A stretch of DNA of 64,000 nt from a virus, in IMG/VR virus record IMGVR_UViG_3300034082_001419, positions 57,495 through 121,494 of that record. The stretch is one strand, 5' to 3'. The notes beneath the pieces are model-generated. The model ran no database searches, was not told the origin of the DNA, and was given only the letters and a program-made list of their open reading frames with translations. This document shows, in pieces, positions 49,189-59,966 of this stretch (its first letter is position 1; the number at the start of each line of letters is the position of its first letter). Both the position numbers and the translations under genes were made by a program.

Positions 49189-49581
49189 ATGGAAAAGAAA
49201 AAAAAGTACTGCTCAGGGTGTGATTCTGAGCAGTATATTTGGAAAGCACATGAAGGCAATAAGTATTGCAAAAACTGTTGGGGTAAGATACAATCTAAAG
49301 ATCCAGATCATAAGGTTATACCTCAAGTATCAGCTAAGAGAAAGAAACTTGATGCTGAATATTTACTACTAAGAAAAAAGCATATGGAGAATAATGCATT
49401 ATGTCAAGTAAAAGTTGGTGGTTGTACTAATCTCGGATCAGACATACACCATACTTTTGCAGGATCAAATAGAAATGCGTTTTATTTAATACAAAGCACC
49501 TGGCTTGTTGTTTGCCGTAACTGTCATGATCATATTCATATGAATCCAGCAGAAGCAAGAACAATGGGTTGGTTAAAATAA
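49189..49581 (+). CDS. Zn-finger / HNH nuclease-like protein
   Basis: CxxC...CxxC; DIHH...CRNCHDHIH. Confidence 0.7.
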   Translation: MEKKKKYCSGCDSEQYIWKAHEGNKYCKNCWGKIQSKDPDHKVIPQVSAKRKKLDAEYLLLRKKHMENNALCQVKVGGCTNLGSDIHHTFAGSNRNAFYLIQSTWLVVCRNCHDHIHMNPAEARTMGWLK

Positions 49582-49619
49582 ACTGAAAAAACAATAACTG
49601 AAATTAAAAAACTGAAAAG

Positions 49620-50360
49620 ATGAAAAAAAATGTAATTCAAATAGCAACAACAACAGAGTATTCAATGTTTAATTATTTACCAATGAATAGAAATATTGAT
49701 TCACTACAAGTTGAAAGATTAGTACAAAGTATAAGAGAAATGGGTGTTACCAGACAAGCAATCTGTATTAAAACAGCAGTAATTGATGGTGAATTAAAAA
49801 CATATGTAATTGATGGTCAACATTTAATACACGCATGTCAAAGAGAAGCAGTACCTGTAGAATACAGATACATTGAAGTTATTGATAAAGCTGACATTAT
49901 TAAAAAAATAGCTTTTTATAATAATTCATCTAAGTCATGGCAATTAATGGATTATGTTAATGCATGGATGTTTGATGTTCCTGATTATCTTTCTCTTAAA
50001 AAGTTTAAGAATTTATATAATCTTGAACCATTAATGATTGCTAATATCTGTAATAGTGAAATTGGATATAATGGAGTATCTTCAGCTAGTCAATTAATAA
50101 AAACAGGTGCATTTAGAATTAGTAATGTAAATGCAGAAGCAATGTGTAAAGATTTTAGTGATATGTTTATTAAGATTGGTAAAGCTGATAGATGGGTTAA
50201 ACATCAATTTTTAAAAGTATTTATTAAATCTTATAATCATCCTAGTTATAATCATAATGCTACATTAGCTAATGTTGATAAAAACATTAGTCAAATTAAA
50301 GCTATGACTGATATAACTATAGCTATGACTTTTATACAAAAAAATGTATTTGTTGTATAA
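49620..50360 (+). CDS. ParB/Srx-like N-terminal domain protein
   Basis: NRxI...VIDGQH. Confidence 0.65.
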   Translation: MKKNVIQIATTTEYSMFNYLPMNRNIDSLQVERLVQSIREMGVTRQAICIKTAVIDGELKTYVIDGQHLIHACQREAVPVEYRYIEVIDKADIIKKIAFYNNSSKSWQLMDYVNAWMFDVPDYLSLKKFKNLYNLEPLMIANICNSEIGYNGVSSASQLIKTGAFRISNVNAEAMCKDFSDMFIKIGKADRWVKHQFLKVFIKSYNHPSYNHNATLANVDKNISQIKAMTDITIAMTFIQKNVFVV

Positions 50361-50380
50361 TTAATTTTAAAACTATAAAA

Positions 50381-50470
50381 ATGACAAGAGAAGAGATACA
50401 AAAGTTAGCATTGGATGCTACTGATAAGAAAAGAAAATGTGGATTAAGTTTAGCTACTGGTGGTTTGTAA
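50381..50470 (+). pseudogene. Orphaned duplicate 5' end of the SF2 helicase gene (29 codons)
   Basis: MTREEIQKLALDATDKKRKCGLSLATGGL* vs MTREKIQELALNATNNKKRCSLILATGVGKT: 18 of the first 27 residues identical. Confidence 0.85.
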
Positions 50471-50495
50471 AAAATAAATAATATCCGTATCTTTG
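50464..50495 (+). promoter_or_regulatory. Bacteroidota sigma70-type promoter for the GIY-YIG gene
   Basis: TTTG (50464-50467), 20-nt spacer, TATCTTTG (50488-50495); matches TTTG-N19-21-TAnnTTTG. Confidence 0.7.
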
Positions 50496-50499
50496 TAAT

Positions 50500-51273
50500 A
50501 TGGAAATGAAACAAGGATACGGATATAAAATTTGTGGTATATATAAAATTACTAATGGTGTAAATAATAAAATATATATTGGCAGTAGTACAAACATTTA
50601 TTATAGACTGAGAAGACATAAGTCAGATCTATTAAATCAACAGCATAAAAATCTTTATTTGCAAAATGCATACAATAAATATGGAAAAACCTGCTTTAAA
50701 GTAGACATAATTGAAATATGTAGCATTGATCAAATATTTATTAGAGAGCAATATTATATAGATACACTTAATCCAGATTATAATATAAGAAGAGATGTAA
50801 TCACAAATAAAATGAGTGATGAAACTAAAAAGAAAATCTCTGAAATAATGAAAGAAAAGTCTAAAGCTGGTATAATAGTAAATCATTTAAATACTGATAA
50901 GAAAAAAGAAATTGATATATATGATTGTAATTGTAATCTTATTAAAAAGTTTAATGGATATAATGAAGCAGGTAGATATTTAAAAAGTATTTATCCCGCA
51001 TTTAAACCAAATTCAACATCACAAATAATTAAAAGTAAAAGTGGAAAATATAAAGATTATTATTTAATCCTACCTGATAAAAAATGTAATAACACAATTA
51101 CAAGGTCTGATGCATTCACAATTCAAATGATTAATACCATAACAGATGAAATGATTGTTTTTGATAGTGCTATGAAAGCTGCAAAATATTTAAATTGCGC
51201 TGAAAGTAGTGTTTTAAAGTCAATAAAAAAATCAAGGTTGTTGTTAAAAAAATATAAATTAATAAAATTATGA
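50500..51273 (+). CDS. GIY-YIG homing endonuclease with NUMOD-like DNA-binding repeats
   Basis: CGIYKITN...IYIGSS...R...H...REQYYI...YNI; MSDETKKKIS; FDSAMKAAKYL. Confidence 0.9.
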   Translation: MEMKQGYGYKICGIYKITNGVNNKIYIGSSTNIYYRLRRHKSDLLNQQHKNLYLQNAYNKYGKTCFKVDIIEICSIDQIFIREQYYIDTLNPDYNIRRDVITNKMSDETKKKISEIMKEKSKAGIIVNHLNTDKKKEIDIYDCNCNLIKKFNGYNEAGRYLKSIYPAFKPNSTSQIIKSKSGKYKDYYLILPDKKCNNTITRSDAFTIQMINTITDEMIVFDSAMKAAKYLNCAESSVLKSIKKSRLLLKKYKLIKL

Positions 51274-52370
51274 CCAGAGAAAAAATTCAAGAACTTGCAT
51301 TAAATGCAACTAATAATAAAAAGCGTTGTTCATTGATTCTTGCCACAGGTGTTGGTAAGACTTTAGTAGGTCTTATGCATATGGAAAGAAATCTGACTCC
51401 ATTAATGAATGTGCTTATTGTTGCTCCTAAGCTTAGTATTTTTACATCTTGGAGAACTGAAGCTATTAAGTTTAATAAGTCTCACTTACTTGACACAGCA
51501 CAATTCACTACTTACTTAAGTTTGAATAAACTAGATCCAAGAGAGTATGATATGATTTACTTTGATGAAGCTCACTCATTGTTACCTTCACATAGAGAAT
51601 TTTTAGATGAGTATGACGGTAAGATCTTAGGTCTTACCGGTACTCCTCCTAAAATGGTAAATAGTGAGAAAGGTGAGATGATGCAAGAGTTCTATCCTAT
51701 ATGTTATGAATACTTAACTGATGATGCTATTAATGATAATATCTTAAATGATTATAAAATTATTGTGCATCAACTTAGGTTAGACAATAGTAATAAGAAT
51801 GTTAAAGCAGGTAGTAAGTATAAATCATTCTTTACTACTGAATTAGCTAATTATAATTATTGGTGCAGCAGAATAGAGGATTCTAGACCGGGAAAAGAGC
51901 AGCAAATTTCAAGAGTAATGAGGATGAAGGCTATGATGGCTTTTCCAAGTAAAGAAGCTTATACTAAGATATTGAGTAACTCAATTAAATCTAAGTGTAT
52001 TATATTTGCTAATACTCAAGAGCAAGCTGATCAATTATGTAACTATAGTTATCATAGTAATAATCCAGAATCTAGTGATAATCTTAATATGTTTAAGTCA
52101 GGTAATATTACTAAACTATCTTGTGTATTACAATTAAGTGAGGGTATTAATATTCCTAATCTTAAACAATGTATTATACTACATGCTTATGGTAATGAGC
52201 GTAAGGCTAGTCAAAGAATCGGGAGATGTTTGAGATTATCTGTTGATGAAACAGCTACTATTCACATTCTATGTTATATGGATACTATAGATCAGAAATG
52301 GGTTACTGAAGCATTATCTGGTTTTGATCAGGATAAAATAGAGTGGAAAGATTTTAATATTAAGTTATAA
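51270..52370 (+). CDS. SF2 DEAD/DEAH-box helicase
   Basis: ATGVGKT, DEAH, LTGTP, EGINIP, QRIGR. Confidence 0.9.
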   Translation: MTREKIQELALNATNNKKRCSLILATGVGKTLVGLMHMERNLTPLMNVLIVAPKLSIFTSWRTEAIKFNKSHLLDTAQFTTYLSLNKLDPREYDMIYFDEAHSLLPSHREFLDEYDGKILGLTGTPPKMVNSEKGEMMQEFYPICYEYLTDDAINDNILNDYKIIVHQLRLDNSNKNVKAGSKYKSFFTTELANYNYWCSRIEDSRPGKEQQISRVMRMKAMMAFPSKEAYTKILSNSIKSKCIIFANTQEQADQLCNYSYHSNNPESSDNLNMFKSGNITKLSCVLQLSEGINIPNLKQCIILHAYGNERKASQRIGRCLRLSVDETATIHILCYMDTIDQKWVTEALSGFDQDKIEWKDFNIKL

Positions 52371-52383
52371 CAGCATTTTAAAT

Positions 52384-52695
52384 ATGTATATAAGAGATTT
52401 ATTTGATATTTTATCAGAAGGTGAGAAAGAATTAATGTATGATCTATGTAGAATATGGAAAAAGCAAGAAGAAGAAAAAAGAAAAAAACTAAGAGAGGAA
52501 AATAAAAAAATATTATTAGACTTAAGTGATAACAAAATGAGTGCAAGATTATTAACAGCTCTATTAGATTACTATGAAAATCATAAAGTGAATGAAGAAC
52601 TCATGCTTGAACATATTTGTTTAAAAAATGTGAGAAATATTGGTAAAGTAGGTATAGAAGAGTTTAATAAATTATTTTTTTACAATCATGAGTAG
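52384..52695 (+). CDS. RNA polymerase alpha-CTD-like protein
   Basis: MSARLLTAL...LKNVRNIGKVGIEEF resembles the alpha-CTD LSVRxxNxL...NxGxKSxxE pattern. Confidence 0.5.
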   Translation: MYIRDLFDILSEGEKELMYDLCRIWKKQEEEKRKKLREENKKILLDLSDNKMSARLLTALLDYYENHKVNEELMLEHICLKNVRNIGKVGIEEFNKLFFYNHE

Positions 52696-52906
52696 CCCAA
52701 AAGAAAAAGCAAAAGAATTATTTGATAGACATTTAATGTCTCAATTTATAATGAGTAGAGAGACAGCTAAAGTACATTCATTAATTACAATAGATGAGAT
52801 ATTAAAAAGTGGTTGTACATTACCAAGTAATAATGCTTATTATGGATGTAATGAAGAAGCAAGTAAGTATTGGTTAGAAGTTAAATCTGAATTGGAAAAA
52901 TTATGA
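52688..52906 (+). CDS. Hypothetical phage protein
   Basis: PKEKAKEL...AK...IDEI...YWxEVKxEL. Confidence 0.6.
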   Translation: MSSPKEKAKELFDRHLMSQFIMSRETAKVHSLITIDEILKSGCTLPSNNAYYGCNEEASKYWLEVKSELEKL

Positions 52907-54578
52907 CAGTAGGTGATAAAATGAAAGCTTTAATTATGGCAGATGACTATAATAAAGTAAGAGTACATGTATCAGATGAATTTATCAATATGGCTAGAAC
53001 TATGTTAGGAGATTTTAAATATATTGAGGAAAAAGAAGAAAAGTATCAGGAATTAGTTAAATCTTTTAAACATGAAGATTCACATTGAGATAAGAAATGA
53101 TATTAACCCTGCTCTTGCACTTACTAAAGTAAAACAAGTAATTGAGCAGGGTAAAATATCTAATGATGGTAAAAACTATTGTTGGATAACTGAATGGTCT
53201 GATGATATAGTAGTATACACAAGGGATAATAGGAAATCAGACTGTTTTGTAGTCTATAAAAAAGGACAATATGGCAAATAAAACAGCAGTAGAATTTGTA
53301 GCTTATGAACTTATGAACTTAGATATAGCTTACGAAATGGGTCTTGAGAAAAATGAGTTTCATAAGCTAAGACAAGAAATTATTAAGAAAGCCAAAGAAA
53401 TGGAAAAACAACAGATAATGGATGCTTACAATGATGCTGAGGACAAATGTGAATACTTTATTGAAGAACATGCTTGGCAAAGACACCATCTTTTAAGTGA
53501 AAATTATTATAAACAAACCTTTAAATCAGAATAAGATGAAACAGTATATACCGTACATAGTAATACTACTAATATCATATTTAGTAGTAGCATTTGTAAA
53601 GATGCAATTTAATCCTGCATATTGGGAACAAGAGGCAAGATTTGCCTTAATGGTAATAGTATTAGTATTAATGGCTCTATATAGCTTTTTTAAATTTATA
53701 GAATAGTATGAAAGGATTTGAATTAGTAAAACGTGAAGACCATTGGGCTTTATACAATGAAGACGGTCATAAAATTGCTGCTACTATAGATGGTTGTAAT
53801 AGTAAACTATCTAAAGAAAACTGTGATGAGATATTTGGAATATTTGATGTTGGAGCATTAGCTTTAGAAGAATGTAATAACACTGACCCATTAAGATTAG
53901 ATAGCGTAAAGTATAAACAAGACCCTTATTTTAGGATAGGTTATTTAAAAGGTTACAACAAAGCAATGGAGTTGAATAAAGACAAGTTGTTTACTGAGGA
54001 TGATTTATATAGAGTATTCTTAATTAATTCAGCAGGAAATAACACTACATTAAGACACTTCTTTGAAGAAACTGTACTTTCAATGTTTGAACAACCAACA
54101 GAAATTGAGGTTGAGATTGTTTCTGAATTAGCTTATACTGTTAATGAGAATAGTGAAACTGAAATGATGCCAGAACCACATATTAAACTTGATGAAAATG
54201 GTTGTTTAATACTTAAAAAGAAATAAGATGGAAAAACCATTTCACACAATAATTATTCAACGTGTTGGTAAGTCAGAGCAATTAACAGCTGAAGAAATAA
54301 ATAAAATGATTACTGATAATAGACTGTTAACTGAAGAGTATGAACAAAGTAAAAAGAAAAGCATGAAAACAATCACAAAAGCAGTGATACCGTTATCAGA
54401 TATCCCTGTAAAACTAAGAAAAAACTCATTGTTTAAGAAGGTAAGAGTACATACATACATTGAGTGTCACATGGAAGGTAAAGGTAAAGAATCAGATGAT
54501 GATTTAACAGCATGGTTACGTGAAATGTATCCAACATTGACAAGAAAAATTAGTTTTTTAATACACATTGATATATGA
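52903..54578 (+). CDS. Run of six small hypothetical early genes (52903, 53072, 53271, 53536, 53708, 54228)
   Basis: Tightly packed ORFs; 53271 carries a TAVE...AKEMEKQQI motif also seen in 57893. Confidence 0.55.
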
Positions 54579-54656
54579 AAAAAGTAATAATAGGATTTGT
54601 AGCTTTCTTAATAGGATTTACAGTAATGAGTATAATTTTACATTATTTAATTAATT

Positions 54657-55169
54657 ATGGCAGCATATGATCCAGACAATATCAGATTCATCAGAGCAGT
54701 TGTGAAAATATCAAGTGCTCTGTATGATATTGATGAAATGAAAAGTAATAAAAAGTATAAATTTAGCATGAAGCTAGATGTTAACAAGTGGCATGAGTGG
54801 TCTGAATTATATATTAAAGAACCAATGCATGTTTTTGCTAAAACAGATGCTGTTGCATTAATGGATTTAATAGAGTTATTTGATGATTATCATAATAAAA
54901 TCTTTATAAAAGATGAGTTTAATACAAGATTAAACTTATTTTTAGCTAAAATAGAATCTGCAAGATGGGATTTACTCCAACTTGGAGCTGATAATAAGTC
55001 TAGAATGGGAATATTAATTACTAATATAGAGGATTTAATTAATAAAGGTTATTTCAAGTCATATAAAAACTATGTAGATCCGTATGGAAAAGGTTATGTT
55101 GATATTGTTGACTCTATGAATAGACTTGGTGAGACAATAATAGTTGGAACTAAACCGGAAAATGTGTAA
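54657..55169 (+). CDS. Hypothetical protein with two-fold internal repeat
   Basis: KISSALYDI / KIESARWDL. Confidence 0.55.
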   Translation: MAAYDPDNIRFIRAVVKISSALYDIDEMKSNKKYKFSMKLDVNKWHEWSELYIKEPMHVFAKTDAVALMDLIELFDDYHNKIFIKDEFNTRLNLFLAKIESARWDLLQLGADNKSRMGILITNIEDLINKGYFKSYKNYVDPYGKGYVDIVDSMNRLGETIIVGTKPENV

Positions 55170-55186
55170 ATTAAAATATAAACACT

Positions 55187-55435
55187 ATGGTATTGGAAAA
55201 GACACATAAATTAACGTTATATAATGACAACAAACATGATTTTCTTTATGTTATTGCTTGTCTTATAAGATTTTGTGATCACAACCCTGAACAAGCTGAA
55301 CAATGTGCAGTCTTAGTTGATGGAAGAGAATCATATGATATTAAGTCAGGGTCATTTGATGACATGTATGACTTATTGGTCAAATTAGAAATGTATGAAC
55401 TTAAAGTTGAGTTAAGTGAAAGTAGTGTGCATTAA
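55187..55435 (+). CDS. clpS: ClpS-like adaptor protein
   Basis: LTLYNDNKHDFLYVIACL...EQAEQCAVLVDGR. Confidence 0.75.
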   Translation: MVLEKTHKLTLYNDNKHDFLYVIACLIRFCDHNPEQAEQCAVLVDGRESYDIKSGSFDDMYDLLVKLEMYELKVELSESSVH

Positions 55436-55682
55436 TAGTAGCAACAAGCCTGATAAGGTTCCTGCTACACAATGGATAGAAAAAGGTAAAGCTTATACTG
55501 TTGTGAGAGTTGTAAAAATGGGTATACAAGCCAATACACTTGGATTTGATTTAGAAGAGGTGAACTTAGAGGGATGTTTTCCTTATGAGTTCTATGATGC
55601 TAAGAGATTTTTACCAGAAGATATGGTAGATCAGAAAGATATGGCTGTAGAAGTAGTAGAAGAAGAATTAGAATTAGTATGA
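55416..55682 (+). CDS. Hypothetical SH3-like protein
   Basis: KVVCIN...GKAYTV...YDAKRF; GTG start. Confidence 0.55.
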   Translation: MKVVCINSSNKPDKVPATQWIEKGKAYTVVRVVKMGIQANTLGFDLEEVNLEGCFPYEFYDAKRFLPEDMVDQKDMAVEVVEEELELV

Positions 55683-56134
55683 CAGATTATACCAAAGAAG
55701 ACATACTTGATGAATTATTAAAAATCAGCAGTAAACCAAAAACAAAAGCTCCTCACATTGTAGATAGAAGAAACTATTTAATAGCTATTCTTTACTACAC
55801 ATTTAAAGCAACTGAGGAAGAAATCATTATTTATACTAACTTGACTTCAAGGAGTACAATTAATCATGCTAAAAGGACAGCATTTGAATTGTATAAGATT
55901 AAAGATAAATTGTTTTTAAAAAATGTTGATGAATTAATACAAAAGTATCCATGTGATTTTAATTTTGATATAAAAACGCGGGACTATAATACTACTGCAA
56001 CAACTATATCAATAACATTATCACATCATCAATTAGAAAGTTTTACAAGGTATTTAAAATCTAAAAAGATTGATAAATCAAGTGATGGAGCTAAAAAATT
56101 AATCTTATCAGTATTAAAATTATGGGAAGAGTAA
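55679..56134 (+). CDS. DnaA domain-IV-like HTH protein
   Basis: IVDRRNYLIAIL...RSTINHA resembles Bac_DnaA_C. Confidence 0.45.
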   Translation: MTDYTKEDILDELLKISSKPKTKAPHIVDRRNYLIAILYYTFKATEEEIIIYTNLTSRSTINHAKRTAFELYKIKDKLFLKNVDELIQKYPCDFNFDIKTRDYNTTATTISITLSHHQLESFTRYLKSKKIDKSSDGAKKLILSVLKLWEE

Positions 56135-56403
56135 AGGAGATCTATATTGATTTAATTAATCAGTATGGACATGTAGATGATATTCCTATGGATATCAAAT
56201 TGGATGACTATATAGCTAAAAGAAGAGAAAATGAAGAAGAAAGAGAAGAAACTAGAGATTAGTGACATTAAAACTGTATGTTGTAATGCAGGTTGGTATA
56301 TAAGATCAAGAGCAAACTATAGATGTGAGAAATGCGATGATGATGTTACATTACATATAGTATTTGCTAATATGGCAATTGATGAATCTGAAAAGAAATA
56401 GAT

Positions 56404-56742
56404 ATGGCAGAAGTAGGTGTAAATATAGAAGTAGATGTAGAGATTGATGTATATGACTTTATGGGTAATTGTAATGACTCAGAGATTGCTGAAGTGATTG
56501 AATATTTAGTTGATAGAGAAAAGATTAAACCTGAACACTTTGATCCTGAAGAATATTTAGATACTCTAGATAATGCTGAAGTAGAATTAGTACATGAATG
56601 GTTAATGGTAAGATATAATACTAAATTTGGAATAAATCATGCAAATATAGTAGAAGCTTTAACTAAAATAGGTGCTGGAATACTACAGTTAACTACTGAA
56701 GAAGAAGAGTATATTAAATCATTAGCAAATAGATTAGTATGA
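56404..56742 (+). CDS. Acidic hypothetical protein
   Basis: ORF track. Confidence 0.6.
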   Translation: MAEVGVNIEVDVEIDVYDFMGNCNDSEIAEVIEYLVDREKIKPEHFDPEEYLDTLDNAEVELVHEWLMVRYNTKFGINHANIVEALTKIGAGILQLTTEEEEYIKSLANRLV

Positions 56743-57566
56743 AAAATCAAGTAATTAAATGTCTTACACCAGAACATGGTAAAAAGATAATAGAGTATTG
56801 GAAATCAAAAGGTGTTGATACTGGTATTAAAACAGGTAAACTTTGTGAATCTGATAATGACTATTATATTTATTATGGTGTTATTAATGGTAAATTTGAT
56901 AACTACTCATCAATTGATGTACAAAGAGAAAATGCTGAAATAATTGAGTTACCAGAAGATGAATTTGACATGACTACTAATGAAGGTAGATCAGCTTATG
57001 CTAAAAAACATTATCCAGTAGGGACTAAATATAAATCTTTATATAGTGGTCAAGAATTAATTGTTGGAAGTTATGATGGTCATTTATGTCTCCAACCAGA
57101 AGGTATATGGAGCGTATATGACTTTCTTACCAATAAATGGGCTGAGATTATTGAAGATAAACAAGAAGAAAAAGTTATGGAAACACAAAAATTATCAAGA
57201 AAAGGTCTTAAAGAAATACATTCAGTAGCTTGTTCAGCATGGAGAGAACAATTAGAAGCAATGGGTTATAGAAATCCATTAGAAGATTATATTGAATTAA
57301 CACAAGAACAAGTTGATACAATGTTTAAAGCTTGCACTAAAGAGCAATTACCAATTGTATCTAAGTATCTTAAACAAGATGATGGTAGTGTTGATATAAG
57401 TAAAGTTACATATGGTAATCATGGTATACTTTTAGGTAGTGCTTATATTGTTAGACATGATGCTTTTACTAGTATAAAAAATGGTTTTTGGTTAAATCCT
57501 GACTTTAATTGGGAATTTAAAATAAATGGTGATTATCAATATTTAATACCAACTAAAAAGAAATAG
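56739..57566 (+). CDS. Modular hypothetical protein
   Basis: AKKHYPVGTKY...KWAEII module. Confidence 0.6.
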   Translation: MKNQVIKCLTPEHGKKIIEYWKSKGVDTGIKTGKLCESDNDYYIYYGVINGKFDNYSSIDVQRENAEIIELPEDEFDMTTNEGRSAYAKKHYPVGTKYKSLYSGQELIVGSYDGHLCLQPEGIWSVYDFLTNKWAEIIEDKQEEKVMETQKLSRKGLKEIHSVACSAWREQLEAMGYRNPLEDYIELTQEQVDTMFKACTKEQLPIVSKYLKQDDGSVDISKVTYGNHGILLGSAYIVRHDAFTSIKNGFWLNPDFNWEFKINGDYQYLIPTKKK

Positions 57567-57719
57567 TTATGAAAGTAGTTGTATTAGTATTGTTATCCTA
57601 TATCTTATTAGGAGTAACAGATAAGAAAGTGATTATAAAGGATAGAAATGTTAGAGATGAGTCTTTGTACCGCAGTGATAAAGGGAATGAATCTGTTTAT
57701 TTAATTAATGATATAGAAG

Positions 57720-59227
57720 ATGAGTTACCCGGCAGAATATAAGTATAGCAAAAAAGTAAGAGTATTTGCCAATGAAGAAGAATTTGAGTACTATGTACAA
57801 GTAAAATTTTTATTCTTCTGGTTTACTGTTAGTGTATATTATGATTATATGTCAGCAGATATACATGCAAGATATTTAGCAACTAAAAGAGGATGGATAT
57901 AATGACAGCAGTAGAATACTTAGTAGACTTATTAGAAACTCAAAATTTTATAACTACATCACAAATAGTTGTAGCTAAAGAAATAGAAATGCATCAGATT
58001 ATTATGGCTTCAGCATCTGCATATGAAGATATGTTTGGTACTGATGGCACTGTATATGGAGAAAAGTATTATGATAAACTAACACAAGATGACAAATAAA
58101 GAAGCATTGATGCACTTATGGGAAAGTGTAGATAAAACTAGTATATACCAGTTGAGTTATATTAGGAACCTGGCATTTGAGTTAGGTGAGAAAGAATTGT
58201 ATTTTAAATTCAGAGATTATGAAGATAGTAAAAATTGAAGAGTTAAAACAAATCATTGAAACTCAAAATACTTTAATAGACTTATTGTATTCTCAAGTAG
58301 TAGATTTGACTATGATGTCTAAGATAGAATTGGGTGATGATGTAATTGAAGAAATAAAAATGTTAAAATCTAAGTTATGAAAGAGATATATGAAGAATTT
58401 GGTACCATTGGTGCACCAAGTATTTATGAGATTACATTGTTGATATATAATAATAGCAATCATGATTGAATTATTTATAATTGTTATTTTAGCATTATTG
58501 ATAATAGGGTATCAAATGTATTCAAATAAATAATTAAAATTTAAAGCTATGGAAGATCTATATAAACAAGTATTGATGATGAAGTGGGCTAGTAAAAAGG
58601 TAACAAATAAGGCAAGCATGATGAGAAAGAAAAGGCTGATAAGAAAAGTACCTAAAGATAACTCATTGATTATTAAAAAACATAATCATAGGAAGTTACA
58701 CAAGTTAAACATTACAGAAAAAATAAAGATGGGGTTTTATAAGAATCCTGAGTTTGATTAAATACTTTGGTCAGTAGATATATGAAAAAGAGATTTAGAA
58801 TTTTAAAGTCACAGTACTCATATGGTGGGTATTTTGTGCAGACTAAAAATGGATTTTTTAGTTTTTGGAAATATGTAAAAGATTGTGATGGGTTTATCAT
58901 ACTGTTTTCTACAGCTATGGAAGCTGAAGACAAGATTGAGAAACTGTTAGAACAAGATAAAATAGCAAAATGAGAAAAGAAGACTTAGAAGAGACTGAAT
59001 TTGTAAAAGTATTTGTACCTAAAGAACAGTCAGGTAATAAGAATGACTATTACTATTATAGTTATGCAATCAATGCAGATGTAATACTTACATCAAATGA
59101 GAGTGATACAATAAACAACAATACATGGAAAGTATATGAACACTCTTGGGGTGTTGCTATGACAGATATTGATGATGTAATAACTCTTATCAATTTATTT
59201 AAAAAGTGGAGTAAAATACCATTATAA
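57720..59227 (+). CDS. Run of small hypothetical genes (57720, 57893, 58219, 58549, 58782, 58970)
   Basis: Tightly packed ORFs; 57720 and 58782 share a YxVQxKxxFxxW motif. Confidence 0.5.
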
Positions 59228-59252
59228 GTTTAAACCTATAAAATTTAAGATT

Positions 59253-59639
59253 ATGTTCAGTGCAAAGTTTGTGAAAAAAGAGGGGAAATTAACATATAAA
59301 ACTGATAAAGAAAGTTTAGCATATAAAAACTTTATTGATCAGATACAAGAAGGTGAAGAAGTAGATATGTTTTTAAGCATACCTGGTAAAGGAGGTTCTT
59401 ATGCTCAGATCTCAAAAATACACGCATGTGTAAGAGAAATGGCTAAAGAATCAGGATATACTTTTGAAGAAATGAAAAAGTTAGTTAAGAAACAAGCAGG
59501 TTTATGCTATGCTGTAAATGATGAAGGTAAACAGCTTGAGATGTGCAAATCATTTGCTGAGTGTTCAAATGATGAGTTATCTCAAGCTATTCAAGCATGT
59601 ATAGAAATTGGTCTAGAGTATAATATTAATCTAGCGTAG
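59253..59639 (+). CDS. NinB/DUF1367-like protein
   Basis: SYAQISKIHACVREMAKESG...KSFAECSNDEL. Confidence 0.55.
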   Translation: MFSAKFVKKEGKLTYKTDKESLAYKNFIDQIQEGEEVDMFLSIPGKGGSYAQISKIHACVREMAKESGYTFEEMKKLVKKQAGLCYAVNDEGKQLEMCKSFAECSNDELSQAIQACIEIGLEYNINLA

Positions 59640-59946
59640 GTTCAACATAACCTTCATCACCAGGTTCTAGTATTTCTTTTTCATCAAAAAGATTTTGCTC
59701 AACTGATATTCTTTCAATCTCAGAAATCATTAGTGTAACAGTATAGAAAGATTGTTCAACTTGTGACATTTTAGAATAGTCAGCAGCTTGAACAGTTTCA
59801 ACTGATTTATCAGCTTCTTCTTTACCTTGAGCTTGAATTTGATTGAATAAGTAAAAAAGTGTATTCTTCAACATGAAGTAATATGCTTTGTTTACTTGGA
59901 CACTTAATAAAGCATCATCCTTTAGTTCTTTTACCTTAACAGCCAT
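59626..59946 (-). CDS. Hypothetical protein, counter-oriented in the early arm
   Basis: 106-aa ORF with A-rich leader; fills the gap with no plus-strand alternative. Confidence 0.6.
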   Translation of the reverse strand: MAVKVKELKDDALLSVQVNKAYYFMLKNTLFYLFNQIQAQGKEEADKSVETVQAADYSKMSQVEQSFYTVTLMISEIERISVEQNLFDEKEILEPGDEGYVEPTLD

Positions 59947-59966
59947 AATGTATAATTAAAATTAAT

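Noticed and set aside
49581-49619. Triple AACTGAAA repeat upstream of the ParB-like gene
   Set aside because: Short and A-rich; may be only a translation-enhancer-like leader; not enough evidence for a specific site
50462-51350. Group I intron or ribosomal bypass around the GIY-YIG gene
   Set aside because: No room for an intron core (29 nt before the ORF, none after); the downstream gene has its own complete N-terminus; a ~890-nt hop is implausible
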